A DNA stretch of 18,631 bases from Candidatus Methylomirabilia bacterium (GCA_041492755.1 JBGPXN010000085.1:1-18631), one strand, 5' to 3'. Counted from the stretch's first letter, positions 7,873-17,047 are shown. Program-made: numbers and translations. Notes: generated from the letters alone by a model not told the origin.

Positions 7873-8796
7873 ATGCAGTCGGAGCTCGTTGCGGTCGTCG
7901 ATCTAGGGTCGACGGCGGCGCGCTTCACGCTGGCTCGCATCAAGCCCGGCCGCGGCTTCAAGGTGCTCCTGAGAGATCGCGTCGAGACGCGGCTGGGGGA
8001 CGGCCCGCCCGGCACGTTGCCCCGTGAGGGAATCAAGGAAACGCTCCGCGCCGTTCGCCGCTTCCTGCGCCGGCTCGACGCCGCCGGCAACCGGCCACGG
8101 GTGCTGGCCGTAGCGACCGCCGCCGTCCGCGACGCGCGCAACCGCGACCGTCTGCTGGGTCCGCTTCTGAAGAACGACGGCGTGTCGGTCCAGGTACTCA
8201 GCGCCGCCCAGGAGGCCCGGCTCGGCGCGCTCGCCGTTCTCGAAAGTCTGGCCGTGCGCAACGCCGTGGTGGTCGACCTGGGAGGCGCGAGCCTCCAGAT
8301 CACGCGCGTGCGCAAGGGCCGCGTCGTCAGCACCGCCGGGCTGCCGCTGGGCGTGCTGCGCACGACGCGCGCGTTCCTTCGCCACGACCCGCCGCAGCCG
8401 CGCGACCTGATGGCACTCCGGCGGGAGGTCCGCCGGCAGCTCCTCGACGCGCTGCCGGCGGCCCAGCGCAATGAGATAATAGTGGGCCTGGGGGGGACCG
8501 TCCGTACCCTGGCGAGTGTGCACCTCCGCCTCGAGCACAAGAAACGCAAAGATCGCCACGGGCTTCGGCTGCACCAGTCCGACGTGACGGCCGTCCGTGA
8601 GCGACTGGAGGCGGTCGGCGCGCGAAAGCGGCGAAAGATCCTGGGGGTGAAGGCCGACCGCGCCGACATCATCCTGGCCGGCGCGATCGTGATCGAGGAG
8701 CTGATGACGCTCGGCGGCTATCTCGAGATGGTCATCTGCAACCGCGGGGTCCGGGACGGGTTGCTGCTGCGCGAGACGTTCGACAGCGAGGGCTGA
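7873..8796 (+). CDS. ppx: Ppx/GppA family exopolyphosphatase, short form without C-terminal HD domain
   Basis: AVVDLGS, AVATAAVRDARN, QEARLG, VDLGGASLQI, LPLGVLR, GLGGTVRTLA, RADIILAGA, GVRDGLL; adjacent to ppk1. Confidence 0.9.
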   Translation: MQSELVAVVDLGSTAARFTLARIKPGRGFKVLLRDRVETRLGDGPPGTLPREGIKETLRAVRRFLRRLDAAGNRPRVLAVATAAVRDARNRDRLLGPLLKNDGVSVQVLSAAQEARLGALAVLESLAVRNAVVVDLGGASLQITRVRKGRVVSTAGLPLGVLRTTRAFLRHDPPQPRDLMALRREVRRQLLDALPAAQRNEIIVGLGGTVRTLASVHLRLEHKKRKDRHGLRLHQSDVTAVRERLEAVGARKRRKILGVKADRADIILAGAIVIEELMTLGGYLEMVICNRGVRDGLLLRETFDSEG

Positions 8797-8797
8797 C

Positions 8798-10867
8798 ATG
8801 GCACAGGAAGCGTTCGTCAATCGCGAGTTGTCGTGGCTCGAGTTCAACGCGCGGGTGCTGGAAGAGGCCCAGGACCACAACGTGCCGCTACTCGAGCGGG
8901 TGAAGTTCCTCTCGATCTTCAGCTCCAACCTGGACGAGTTCTTCATGGTCCGGGTGGCGAATTTGAAACGGCGCATCCACGCCGGCGATCTGAAAGTCGG
9001 GCCGGACGGGCTCAGCTCCAGCGAAGCGCTGTCGGGCGTCACCGCGCGCGTGCACGATCTGGCCGAGCAGCAGCACCGCTGCTTCCTGGAAGACATCCAG
9101 CCCCTGCTCGCCGCCGAAGGCGTCCGCGTCCTCAAGCCGAAGGAGCTCAACGAGAGCCAGCACAAGTTTCTCGAGGAGTACTTCCGCCGCACCTTGCTTC
9201 CAATCGTCACTCCGCTCGCCGTCGATCCCGGCCACCCCTTCCCCTATCTGAGCAATCGGTCCCTCTGTCTGGTCGCCTCGATCCAGCCGACCGAGCCGTC
9301 CGGGCTGCCCGGCACGTCGCTCGCCGTGGTCCACATCCCGGGGCAGGTCGTCCCCCGCTTCGTGGCGCTGCCGGATCCCGACGGCAAGTACGCGTTCATC
9401 CTCCTCGAGGACGTCATCCGGATGCACCTGCCCGGCCTCTATCACGGGTACGACATCCTCACCTGCCACGCCATCCGCGTGACCCGCGATTCGGACATCA
9501 GCCTGCCCCGCGGCCGCGGGGAAGATCTGCTGACGAGCATCGAGGAAGGGCTGCGCGAGCGGCGCATGGGCACCGCGGTGCGGCTGCAGTACGACGCCGA
9601 CCTGCCGCCCCACGTGCTGGCCACGCTGCTCGACGAGCTCGAGCTGCAGCCCGATGACCTCTACGAGGCGGAGGGCTTCACCGCGTTCTCCGATCTGTTC
9701 CAGCTCTACTCCGCGGTGGACTTGCCGCGCCTGCGCGACAGGCCCCAGCCGCCCCGGCCGGTGCCCGCGCTCGAGAGCGCGCCCGACATGTGGACGGCCA
9801 TCCGCAACCGCGACATCCTCGTGCACCATCCGTATCAGACCTTCGACGTGGTGACGAAGTTCGTGCGGGAGGCGGCGGTCGATCCCAAGGTCCTCGCCAT
9901 CAAGATGACGCTGTACCGCGTGTCGCCGACGTCGCCGATCGCCCACGCGCTGACCCTGGCCGCCGAGAACGGCAAGGAGGTCGCGGTGCTCGTGGAGTTG
10001 CAGGCACGCTTCGACGAGGAGGCAAACATCCGGTGGGCGCGGGCGCTGGAAGAGGTCGGCGCCCACGTCGTCTACGGCCTCGTCGGCTTCAAGACGCACT
10101 GCAAGGCGTGCCTGGTCGTGCGGCAGGAGGCCGACGGCATCCGTCGCTACTGTCACCTCGCCACCGGCAACTACAACCACCGCACGGCGAACATCTACGC
10201 CGACATCGGGCTCTTTACCGCGCGGGAATCATTCGGCGAAGACCTCACCGAGCTCTTCAACCTGATGACCGGCTACACCCGGCCCCGCCGGTTCAACCAC
10301 CTGCTCGTCGCCCCGACGTTCTACCGCGATGCCATCGTCACGCGCATCCGCCGCGAAGCGGAGCACGCCCGCGCGGGACGCAAGGGCCGCATCATCGCCA
10401 AGATGAACAGCCTCGTGGATCCGCGGGTGATCGAGGAGCTCTACGCGGCGAGCCAGGCGGGCGTCGAGATCGATCTCGTCATTCGTGGAATTTGCTGCCT
10501 GCGCCCCGGCGTTCCCGGGTTGTCCGACCGCATCCGCGCCATCTCCATCGTCGACCGTTACCTCGAGCACGCGCGCCTGCTGTACTGGGAGAACGGCGGC
10601 GAGCCCGAGTACTGGGGCGCGTCGGGCGACTGGATGCCGCGGAACTTCGACGACCGCGTGGAGGCCGCCTTCCCGATCCTCGATCCTGCCTTGCAGGCGC
10701 AGGTGCGCATGATCCTGGACATCCAGCTCGCGGACAACGTGAAGGCGCGCCGCATCCTTTCCGACGGCACCTCCGAGAAGGTGCGACCGGAGGGGCGGCC
10801 GCCGCTACGCTCGCAGGAACGCCTCTACGAAGTCACGAACCCCGCCGAGCCGATCCCGTTGGAGTAA
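8798..10867 (+). CDS. ppk1: Polyphosphate kinase 1
   Basis: NRELSWLEFNARVL, SNLDEFFMVRVA, HPFP, HHPY, AIKMTLYR, ELQARFDEEANI, catalytic KTHCK, SIVDRYLEH, DWMPRN. Confidence 0.97.
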   Translation: MAQEAFVNRELSWLEFNARVLEEAQDHNVPLLERVKFLSIFSSNLDEFFMVRVANLKRRIHAGDLKVGPDGLSSSEALSGVTARVHDLAEQQHRCFLEDIQPLLAAEGVRVLKPKELNESQHKFLEEYFRRTLLPIVTPLAVDPGHPFPYLSNRSLCLVASIQPTEPSGLPGTSLAVVHIPGQVVPRFVALPDPDGKYAFILLEDVIRMHLPGLYHGYDILTCHAIRVTRDSDISLPRGRGEDLLTSIEEGLRERRMGTAVRLQYDADLPPHVLATLLDELELQPDDLYEAEGFTAFSDLFQLYSAVDLPRLRDRPQPPRPVPALESAPDMWTAIRNRDILVHHPYQTFDVVTKFVREAAVDPKVLAIKMTLYRVSPTSPIAHALTLAAENGKEVAVLVELQARFDEEANIRWARALEEVGAHVVYGLVGFKTHCKACLVVRQEADGIRRYCHLATGNYNHRTANIYADIGLFTARESFGEDLTELFNLMTGYTRPRRFNHLLVAPTFYRDAIVTRIRREAEHARAGRKGRIIAKMNSLVDPRVIEELYAASQAGVEIDLVIRGICCLRPGVPGLSDRIRAISIVDRYLEHARLLYWENGGEPEYWGASGDWMPRNFDDRVEAAFPILDPALQAQVRMILDIQLADNVKARRILSDGTSEKVRPEGRPPLRSQERLYEVTNPAEPIPLE

Positions 10868-10975
10868 GCGCTCCCGGGCTTCGTCTGCGGGGAGGGGGCC
10901 ACGGGTCAGACCGGGCCGTCCGGGCGGTCGACGCCACCGACACCGAGCTGACATGCGACCCGGCCCGCGATCACG

Positions 10976-11004
10976 TTGACGCTCGCGCGAGCGTTGTGTA
11001 GAGT
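10976..11004 (+). promoter_or_regulatory. Sigma-70 promoter for a probably leaderless transcript, with a 16-bp palindrome in the spacer
   Basis: TTGACG (10976-10981), 17 nt, TAGAGT (10999-11004) with TG immediately upstream; ATG follows 7 nt later with no SD. Perfect palindrome ACGCTCGCGCGAGCGT at 10979-10994. Confidence 0.7.
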
Positions 11005-11011
11005 GCGCCGC

Positions 11012-11236
11012 ATGAAGAAGGTGGCAAAGAAGAAGGTTAAGGCAGCGAAGCCGACATCCAAGGCCATGGCGAAGAAGGCTCCGGCCAAGCCGGCCTCCAA
11101 GGCGGCCAGCCGTCCCGCCAAGACCACCACCAGCGGGCGACCCGTCGCCGGCGACGCGGTGAAGGATCGGGGACGGTACACGCCGCGGGACGTCCCGGGC
11201 ACCGGCTGGGCGCCGTTCCGGTACCCGCCGGCCTAG
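11012..11236 (+). CDS. Small Lys/Ala/Pro-rich basic protein (74 aa) with an aromatic C-terminal motif
   Basis: [37 protein letters not shown]...[20 protein letters not shown]. Lys encoded consistently by AAG; own promoter. Confidence 0.75.
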   Translation: MKKVAKKKVKAAKPTSKAMAKKAPAKPASKAASRPAKTTTSGRPVAGDAVKDRGRYTPRDVPGTGWAPFRYPPA

Positions 11237-11577
11237 CGACCTACAGCCCGGTCGGTCTTCGCGGCCATCACGAAGTCGTTGCGGTGCAGGCCGTGGATGG
11301 CGTGCGTCCACCACGTCACCGTGACGCGACCCCATTCGGTGAGCAACGCGGGATGGTGGGCCTCGGCTTCCGCGAGCGCGCCGACCCGGTTGGTGAAGGC
11401 CAGCGCCTGGGCGAAGTCCCCAAACGCGAAGACGCGCTCCAGGCGGCGGATGCCTTCGCGTTCCACGATACGCCAGTCGGAAATCTGAAGCTGCAGGGCC
11501 GCGATCTCGGCCTCGCTCACCGCCGGCGCGTCGGCGCGGCAGGCCACGCAGCGCTCGGCCGCGAGCGGCGACGTCAT
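11233..11577 (-). CDS. phhB: Pterin-4a-carbinolamine dehydratase
   Basis: [82 protein letters not shown] overlap with the upstream gene. Confidence 0.92.
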   Translation of the reverse strand: MTSPLAAERCVACRADAPAVSEAEIAALQLQISDWRIVEREGIRRLERVFAFGDFAQALAFTNRVGALAEAEAHHPALLTEWGRVTVTWWTHAIHGLHRNDFVMAAKTDRAVGR

Positions 11578-12977
11578 CCCCGTCCCAGCGCGGCGCCCAT
11601 CTCGTCGACGCTCGTGAACTTCAGCCGCGGCCGGCCCACCGCCTTGCCGCGCGCGACCTCCAGCGCGTCCAGTCGCCGCCAGTCGGCATACGAGAAGTAG
11701 TCCGGTTTCCGCTGGCGCACGAGTTCCTCGATCGCCGTGGACTCCGGACGCGCCGGCGTGAGGACGCGGCCGGCGGCGAGGTCCTCGAGCATGCAGGCGA
11801 CGGTCTCGGCGGCGTCGGGCTTGTTGGTCCCGATCACGCCGGTGGGGCCGCGCTTGATCCATCCGGCGGTGTACTCGCCGGGCAGCGGCTGTCGGGTCTC
11901 GGGGTCGAGCACCCGCCCTTTGTCGTTGAGGATCACGCCCCACTTCTCGTTGAACGGCACGCCGGGCAGCGGCACGCCCTTGTAGCCAACGGACCGGAAC
12001 ACGAGGTCCACCGGGACATCCTCGAACTCGTTGGTGGCCCGCGGCTGCAGGGTGCCCGCGCCGGTCGCGTAGAGCTCGTTGCGCACCAGACGCATGGAGC
12101 GGACGCGTCCCTCGGCGTCGCCGGTGAGCTCGACGGGCGAGACGAGAAAGCGAATGTCCAGACGGCGGGGCTTCCCCGACGGCGGCCGGCTCGCGTACGA
12201 GTGGAGGATCTCCACTTTCTTCTGGGTCGTCCGCTCCGGAGTCCGCTCGAGCGCGGCCCGGCTCAGCGGGTCGAGGGCCGCCTCCTCCGGACGCACGATG
12301 ACGTCGGCGCCCCCCAGCTCTCCCAGCTCCTTGATCTCCGGATTGGTGAACGCCGCCTGCGCGGGCCCGCGCCGGCCGAGCAGGTGGACCTCGCGGACGC
12401 GACTGCCGCGCAGCGCTTCGAGCGCGTAGTCGGCGATGTCGGTCGTGGCCAGCTCCTCGGGCGTGCGGCACAGGATGCGCGCGACGTCGACGGCAACGTT
12501 GCCGACGCCGACCACGGCCACGCGCTCCGCGGACAGATCGAACCGGTAGTCGCGGTAGTCAGGGTGGCCGTTGTACCACGCCACGAACTCCGTGGCCGGA
12601 TGGCTGCCGCGCAGGTCCTCGCCCGGAATGCCCATGCGGCGATCGGTCTGCGCGCCCGTCGAGTAGAGGATCTGGTCGTAGTGCTCGCGGAGATCGGCCA
12701 CCGTGACGTCCTTGCCGAGCTCGACCCACCCGAAGAACCGGAAGCGCGGGTGGCTGGCCGTCTTGTCGAACGCGGCCGTGACGGACTTGATCTTCTGGTG
12801 GTCCGGGGCCACGCCGAGGCGCACGAGGCCGTACGGCGTGGGCAGCCGGTCGAACATGTCGACCTCGACCACCACGCCCTGCTGGCAGAGCAGGTGATCG
12901 GCCGCGTAAAAGCCGGTCGGCCCCGAGCCGATGATCGCGACCCGCAACGGGCGGGCTTCGGTGCCGGGACGGGTCAT
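11574..12977 (-). CDS. FprA/adrenodoxin-reductase-like ferredoxin--NADP+ reductase
   Basis: [82 protein letters not shown]; start placed at ATG 12977. Confidence 0.92.
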   Translation of the reverse strand: MTRPGTEARPLRVAIIGSGPTGFYAADHLLCQQGVVVEVDMFDRLPTPYGLVRLGVAPDHQKIKSVTAAFDKTASHPRFRFFGWVELGKDVTVADLREHYDQILYSTGAQTDRRMGIPGEDLRGSHPATEFVAWYNGHPDYRDYRFDLSAERVAVVGVGNVAVDVARILCRTPEELATTDIADYALEALRGSRVREVHLLGRRGPAQAAFTNPEIKELGELGGADVIVRPEEAALDPLSRAALERTPERTTQKKVEILHSYASRPPSGKPRRLDIRFLVSPVELTGDAEGRVRSMRLVRNELYATGAGTLQPRATNEFEDVPVDLVFRSVGYKGVPLPGVPFNEKWGVILNDKGRVLDPETRQPLPGEYTAGWIKRGPTGVIGTNKPDAAETVACMLEDLAAGRVLTPARPESTAIEELVRQRKPDYFSYADWRRLDALEVARGKAVGRPRLKFTSVDEMGAALGRG

Positions 12978-12996
12978 CGGCTGGGCGGCGGCTCCC

Positions 12997-13431
12997 TCAG
13001 TGCTCCTGGGCGATGATCTGCGTCTCCAGCGTCTCGACCTCGCCCTGGTAGAGGTCGAGCTGGGCTTTGACGACGTCACCGATGGACACGATGCCCACGA
13101 GCTTGCCGCCGTCGAGGATCGGCAGGTGGCGGATGCGCTTCTCGGTCATCGTGTTGAGGACCGACATGAGGTCGTCCACGGGAAGGCCGGTGACGACGTC
13201 GTGGGTCATGATGTCGGTCACCGCGCGACCGAGGAGGCGCTCGTCCCGGCTGAGCGCGCGCACGATGTCGCGCTCGGAAACGATGCCGACAGGCCGCTCC
13301 AGCTCGTTCACGACGATCAGCGCGCCGATGTTGTGCTCGGCCAGCAACGCCGTGGCCTCGCCCACGGATTGCTCGGGACGGACGGTGAAGACGTTGACGC
13401 CCTTGGCGGCGAGGATGCGACCGATGTGCAT
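12997..13431 (-). CDS. CBS domain-pair protein
   Basis: MHIGRILAAKG..., HNIGALIVV, GIVSERDIVR, MTEKRIRHLPI, GIVSIGDVVK; start at ATG 13431 after AGGAAGG. Confidence 0.92.
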   Translation of the reverse strand: MHIGRILAAKGVNVFTVRPEQSVGEATALLAEHNIGALIVVNELERPVGIVSERDIVRALSRDERLLGRAVTDIMTHDVVTGLPVDDLMSVLNTMTEKRIRHLPILDGGKLVGIVSIGDVVKAQLDLYQGEVETLETQIIAQEH

Positions 13432-13445
13432 GGCAGCCGTCCTTC

Positions 13446-13853
13446 CTACTCGAGCCCCCAGGTGAACACCGTCTTTGGCGTCACCTCGACGACCACGGAA
13501 TCCGACGGGCTGAGGGCCGCCTCCCGCCGGTACTGCGGATATTTCGTGTACAGCAGGTCGCGGATCTTCCGGAACCGCGGACCCCGCTCGATCAGGGTCG
13601 CCGTGCCCTGGACCATCACCCCCTTGATGTGCGACCAGTCCTCCGAGTACAAGTCGACGGTGAGCGCGAGCTGCGGGTTGCCCTTGAGATTTTCGACCTT
13701 GCGGCCGTCGTCTCCCGAGGCGAAGTAGATCCTCCCGCCCGTCACCACGTGACAGACGGGAACGACGTGGGTCTGACCGCCGGCGCCCGCGGTGGCGACA
13801 CGGCACACCCGCTCCGACGCCAGCAACTTCTCCACCGACTTCTTCATCCGCAT
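13446..13853 (-). CDS. Pyridoxamine 5'-phosphate oxidase-like (PPOX, flavin/F420-binding split barrel) protein
   Basis: RVCRVATAG..G.THVVPV, KVENLKGNPQLALTVD.YSEDW..IKGVMVQG.A, L..KYPQY, V.P..V.TWG. Start is 13853 or 13847. Confidence 0.85.
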   Translation of the reverse strand: MRMKKSVEKLLASERVCRVATAGAGGQTHVVPVCHVVTGGRIYFASGDDGRKVENLKGNPQLALTVDLYSEDWSHIKGVMVQGTATLIERGPRFRKIRDLLYTKYPQYRREAALSPSDSVVVEVTPKTVFTWGLE

Positions 13854-13879
13854 GGGATTCGCGCGTTCATCCGTGAACG

Positions 13880-14203
13880 CTACTGCATGGGCGAGAAGGA
13901 GGTCGGACGCCAGATCTTGTTCACCACGCGCTGGACGAGCGGGCCGTTGGCCTCGCTGGCCGCGCGCGCCGAGATCCACTCCGGGTCGCCCATGAACGCC
14001 TTCCACACCCGGTCACGATGGGCCAGGTCGTCGTACGAGCACATGTAGACGAGCTCGTTGGACTCGCCGAACACCGTCTCCCAGAAGCCGACCACGTTGA
14101 TGCCGTGCTTCTTGAAGAGCTTCATGGTGACGTCGGCGAAGCGGCGCTGAATGTCGGGCATCCGTCCCGGCATGATGTAGTAGGCGCGGTACTCGTAGAT
14201 CAT
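13880..14203 (-). CDS. NIPSNAP family protein
   Basis: MIYEYRAYYIMPGRM, F.KHGI.VVGFW, ELVYM, R...W.AF..DPEW, PTSFSPMQ; SD GAGGAG. Confidence 0.9.
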   Translation of the reverse strand: MIYEYRAYYIMPGRMPDIQRRFADVTMKLFKKHGINVVGFWETVFGESNELVYMCSYDDLAHRDRVWKAFMGDPEWISARAASEANGPLVQRVVNKIWRPTSFSPMQ

Positions 14204-14349
14204 GACGTTCTCCTCGGGGCCGCGCGAGGGCGCGGCGCTTCGACCAGCGGCTGTATTGTAAGGAGGTTTGGCGCCGACCGCGAGCGCGAGCCAGCTCGCG
14301 TGCTATGCAGAGCCCTCGAGCTCTCCGCGCGCGACCACGCGAGTCGTGT

Positions 14350-15342
14350 TCAACCCGGCAACGGACGGTAGTAGGGCCGGCCGGCGCCCGTCCATTGGCC
14401 GAGCATCTCGCGGAACGCGGGCCCCATCGGATCCACGCCCCGCATCGGCATCGTGCCGCGGCGAATGGTGAAATCGTGAGGCGCCAGCTCGCCGGCCCCC
14501 TCGAAGTGTCGCCCGGCCGACGGCAGGCGCCCGTGCTCCCAGAGCCACTGCCCCAGCCCGAACTCCGCGCGCGCCTGCTGATCCGCGTCCGTGGGCAGCA
14601 CGAGGAACGCGCGGGTACGGTCCGCGGGCAGGGCGGAAGTCTCTCCCCGAATCCAGCCGCGCAAGGCGGCCAGATGCGGCGCCGCCTCCAGACCGGTGAT
14701 GTGCTTGAACGTGTCCGTCCCGAACGCGACGTCGTTCGGTCTGACGATGCGGCCGGCCTCGTCGATCCACACCACGGTGGGCACGTTGACCATGTTGTAG
14801 AGATCGGCCACGCGGTGGCGGACGTCGATCAGCGATGGATGCGTCGGCCGCGCGGCCTCGATCCACGGGCGCGCGTCGTCGGCGCTCCGGTCGAGCGCGA
14901 CCGTGAGGACGCTGAACCCTGCGCGCTGCGTCTCGTCGTACAGCGCCTGCCACACGGGCAGGTCGAGCCGGCAGCCTCACCACGACGCGTACGCGACGAG
15001 CAGCACCTTGCGGCCGCGGTGCGCCGCCAGCGAATGGGGGCGGCCATCCAGGTCGGGCAGCGTGAAGTCCGGCGCTTCCAGCGACGTCAACACGCGCCCC
15101 CGCTCGGCCGCACCCACGCCGACGTACATCGCGCGCTCGTCTCGATCCGCCGCCACCGGTCGGCCGAGCGCGGCCGCCAACTCTTCGAGCGCCACGTCGC
15201 CGGTCAGCCGCCACCCCAGGGCGTCGCCGGCGGCGCGCGCCGGGATCCGCACGCCCGCGGGGCCGACGTCCACCGGAATCGTGGCCGCTCGGCCGTCGTC
15301 GATGATCGTGAAGCTTCGCCCGTCGGCGGTGGTCGTGGGCAT
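14350..15342 (-). CDS. Candidate selenoprotein: TlpA/AhpC-TSA redoxin-fold protein, 330 aa, Sec at residue 122
   Basis: Track ORFs 14977-15342 and 14350-14955 are in the same frame, separated only by TGA (14979-14977). Read-through gives APDFTLPDLDGRPHSLAAHRGRKVLLVAYASW-U-GCRLDLPVWQALYDE...VLTVALD...NVPTVVWIDEAGRIVR, a continuous thioredoxin fold. Confidence 0.88.
14946..14962 (-). promoter_or_regulatory. Candidate bacterial SECIS of the redoxin gene
   Basis: mRNA CCUGCC-CGUGU-GGCAGG: 6-bp perfect stem beginning 14 nt after the UGA, with G at the second loop position followed by U. Confidence 0.65.
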
Positions 15343-15380
15343 GAGGTCGCCTCCCGCCGAGATCTTACGGTATACCGGAG

Positions 15381-16280
15381 GTGGTGAGAATCATCGCCGC
15401 CGCGCTGGTGGTCGCCGCCGTCCTCGTCGCCCGGGCTCCCGGCGTCCACGCCGATACCCTCCGGGTGGTCTCCTTCAACCTCTTTCACGGTGGTCCGGCG
15501 TCCGGGCTGTTCGGCGACGGGCATCATCTCGAGCCGCGGTTTCAGATGGTCCTGGCGGAGCTGCGAGCGCTCGACCCTGACATCATCGGACTGCAGGAAG
15601 CATCGGTCGCCCGGGGTCGCGGCAGCGTGGCGGGGCGTCTGGCCAGCGCCCTCGGGCTGCACCACGTCTTCGGCCCGGCGACGACACGGGTGTTCGGCCT
15701 CGAGGCGATCGGGCGCCTGGTCACCACGCTCATCAATTTTCGCGAAGGTCCGGCCATTCTGAGCCGCTATCCGATCGTCGCGCACGCGGTCTACGCGCTG
15801 CCCCGCTGCGAGAAGCTCCTGGACCCGCGCGTGCTCGTGCACGCCGAGTTGCGCACGCCGTGGGGTCCCCTGCACGCGTTCTCGGTGCACACCTCGCACG
15901 ATGCCTGCCAGGTCGAACGCGCCGTCGACCTCGTGCGCGAGCACGCCCGCGGCGCCCCGGCCATCCTCATGGGCGACTTCAATCACGGCGAGGGGGCCGC
16001 GGTGATCGCCTCCGTCACCGGGGCCGCCGGGTTCATCGACGCCTTCCGCGCGAGCCGGTCCGATGCGAGCGGCGCGACCGTCTGGCAGCGTCCCGGAGCG
16101 GCGGAGCCAACCGTGACCCGCCGCGCCGACTACGTCTTCGTCCATCCCGGCGCCGCCGGCTCGCTGACGGTCCGCGACAGCCGCGTGGTCCTGAACGAGC
16201 CGCGCCGGCTCGCCGACGGCGAGGTGCTCTGGCCTTCCGATCACTACGGCGTCCTGGCGGAACTGGAGATCGAGCCCTGA
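15381..16280 (+). CDS. Secreted endonuclease/exonuclease/phosphatase (EEP) family protein
   Basis: Signal peptide; LRVVSFNL, DPDIIGLQE, AILSRYP, SVHT, ILMGDFN, RADYVF, WPSDHYGV. Start is GTG at 15381 or 15384. Confidence 0.9.
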   Translation: MVRIIAAALVVAAVLVARAPGVHADTLRVVSFNLFHGGPASGLFGDGHHLEPRFQMVLAELRALDPDIIGLQEASVARGRGSVAGRLASALGLHHVFGPATTRVFGLEAIGRLVTTLINFREGPAILSRYPIVAHAVYALPRCEKLLDPRVLVHAELRTPWGPLHAFSVHTSHDACQVERAVDLVREHARGAPAILMGDFNHGEGAAVIASVTGAAGFIDAFRASRSDASGATVWQRPGAAEPTVTRRADYVFVHPGAAGSLTVRDSRVVLNEPRRLADGEVLWPSDHYGVLAELEIEP

Positions 16281-17023
16281 AACGGCGCACGGCGGCGACG
16301 TTCACGCTCCTGCTCGTCGTCGGCTCGCTCACCCCGGGATGCGCGACGCTCGAACGCGTCGGGACGCCGTGGTGGCAGGGGCGCAGTGATTCATCGGAGC
16401 AGGCGCCCGACCCAGCGCAGACGCCGGAGCCGGTCATCCAGGTCTACGCGGCACGCGCGGTGCGGTGGCGCGGCATCTTCGGCGTCCACACCTGGATCGC
16501 GGTGAAGCGTACGGGTGCGGCCGCCTACACGCGTTACGAGGTGATCGGCTGGCGTGTCGACCACGGCATGCAGGCGGTGCGCGTGAACCGTTTCGGTCCC
16601 GACGACCACTGGTTCGGCGCCCACCCCGAGCGGTTCCTCGACCGGCGGGGAGACGGCGTGGAGGTCCTCATCGACAAGGTGGAAGCCGCGATCGCCCGGT
16701 ATCCGTATGGACGGTTCTACCGCTACTGGCCGGGTCCCAACAGCAACACGTTCACCGCGTGGGTCGCCCGCGCCGTCCCCGAGCTGCGCTTGCACCTACC
16801 TCCCACCGCGATCGGCAAGGACTACCTGCCCGGGGGCGCGCTGGTGGCGACGAGCCCGAGCGGGCTTGGGCTGCAGGTCTCCGCCTTCGGTGTCGCCGGT
16901 GTCCTGGCCGGCTGGGAAGAAGGCATCGAAGTGAACGTGCTTGGACTGATCTGGGGGGTCGACGTCAAGCGCCCGGCGCTGAAGCTGCCGCTCGCCGGCC
17001 GCGTCGGCTGGCCCATCGACTGA
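16277..17023 (+). CDS. DUF3750-like lipoprotein, probable CTG start
   Basis: VIQVYAARAVRWRGIFGVHTWIAVK, YTRYEVIGW, YP....YRYWPGPNSNTFTAW, LPPTAIGKDY, EGIEVNVLGL, PALKLP. Signal peptide and lipobox (KRRTAATFTLLLVVGSLTPGC) begin at CTG 16277. Confidence 0.8.
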   Translation: MKRRTAATFTLLLVVGSLTPGCATLERVGTPWWQGRSDSSEQAPDPAQTPEPVIQVYAARAVRWRGIFGVHTWIAVKRTGAAAYTRYEVIGWRVDHGMQAVRVNRFGPDDHWFGAHPERFLDRRGDGVEVLIDKVEAAIARYPYGRFYRYWPGPNSNTFTAWVARAVPELRLHLPPTAIGKDYLPGGALVATSPSGLGLQVSAFGVAGVLAGWEEGIEVNVLGLIWGVDVKRPALKLPLAGRVGWPID

Positions 17024-17047
17024 TCGCCGTGTGATGGAGGAGGCTCG

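Noticed and set aside
14977..14979. Alternative genetic code (UGA = Trp or Gly) as the explanation of the in-frame TGAs
   Set aside because: TGA is an ordinary stop for several genes here (ppx, FprA-like, CBS, EEP), and the two read-through cases fall only at catalytic Cys positions.
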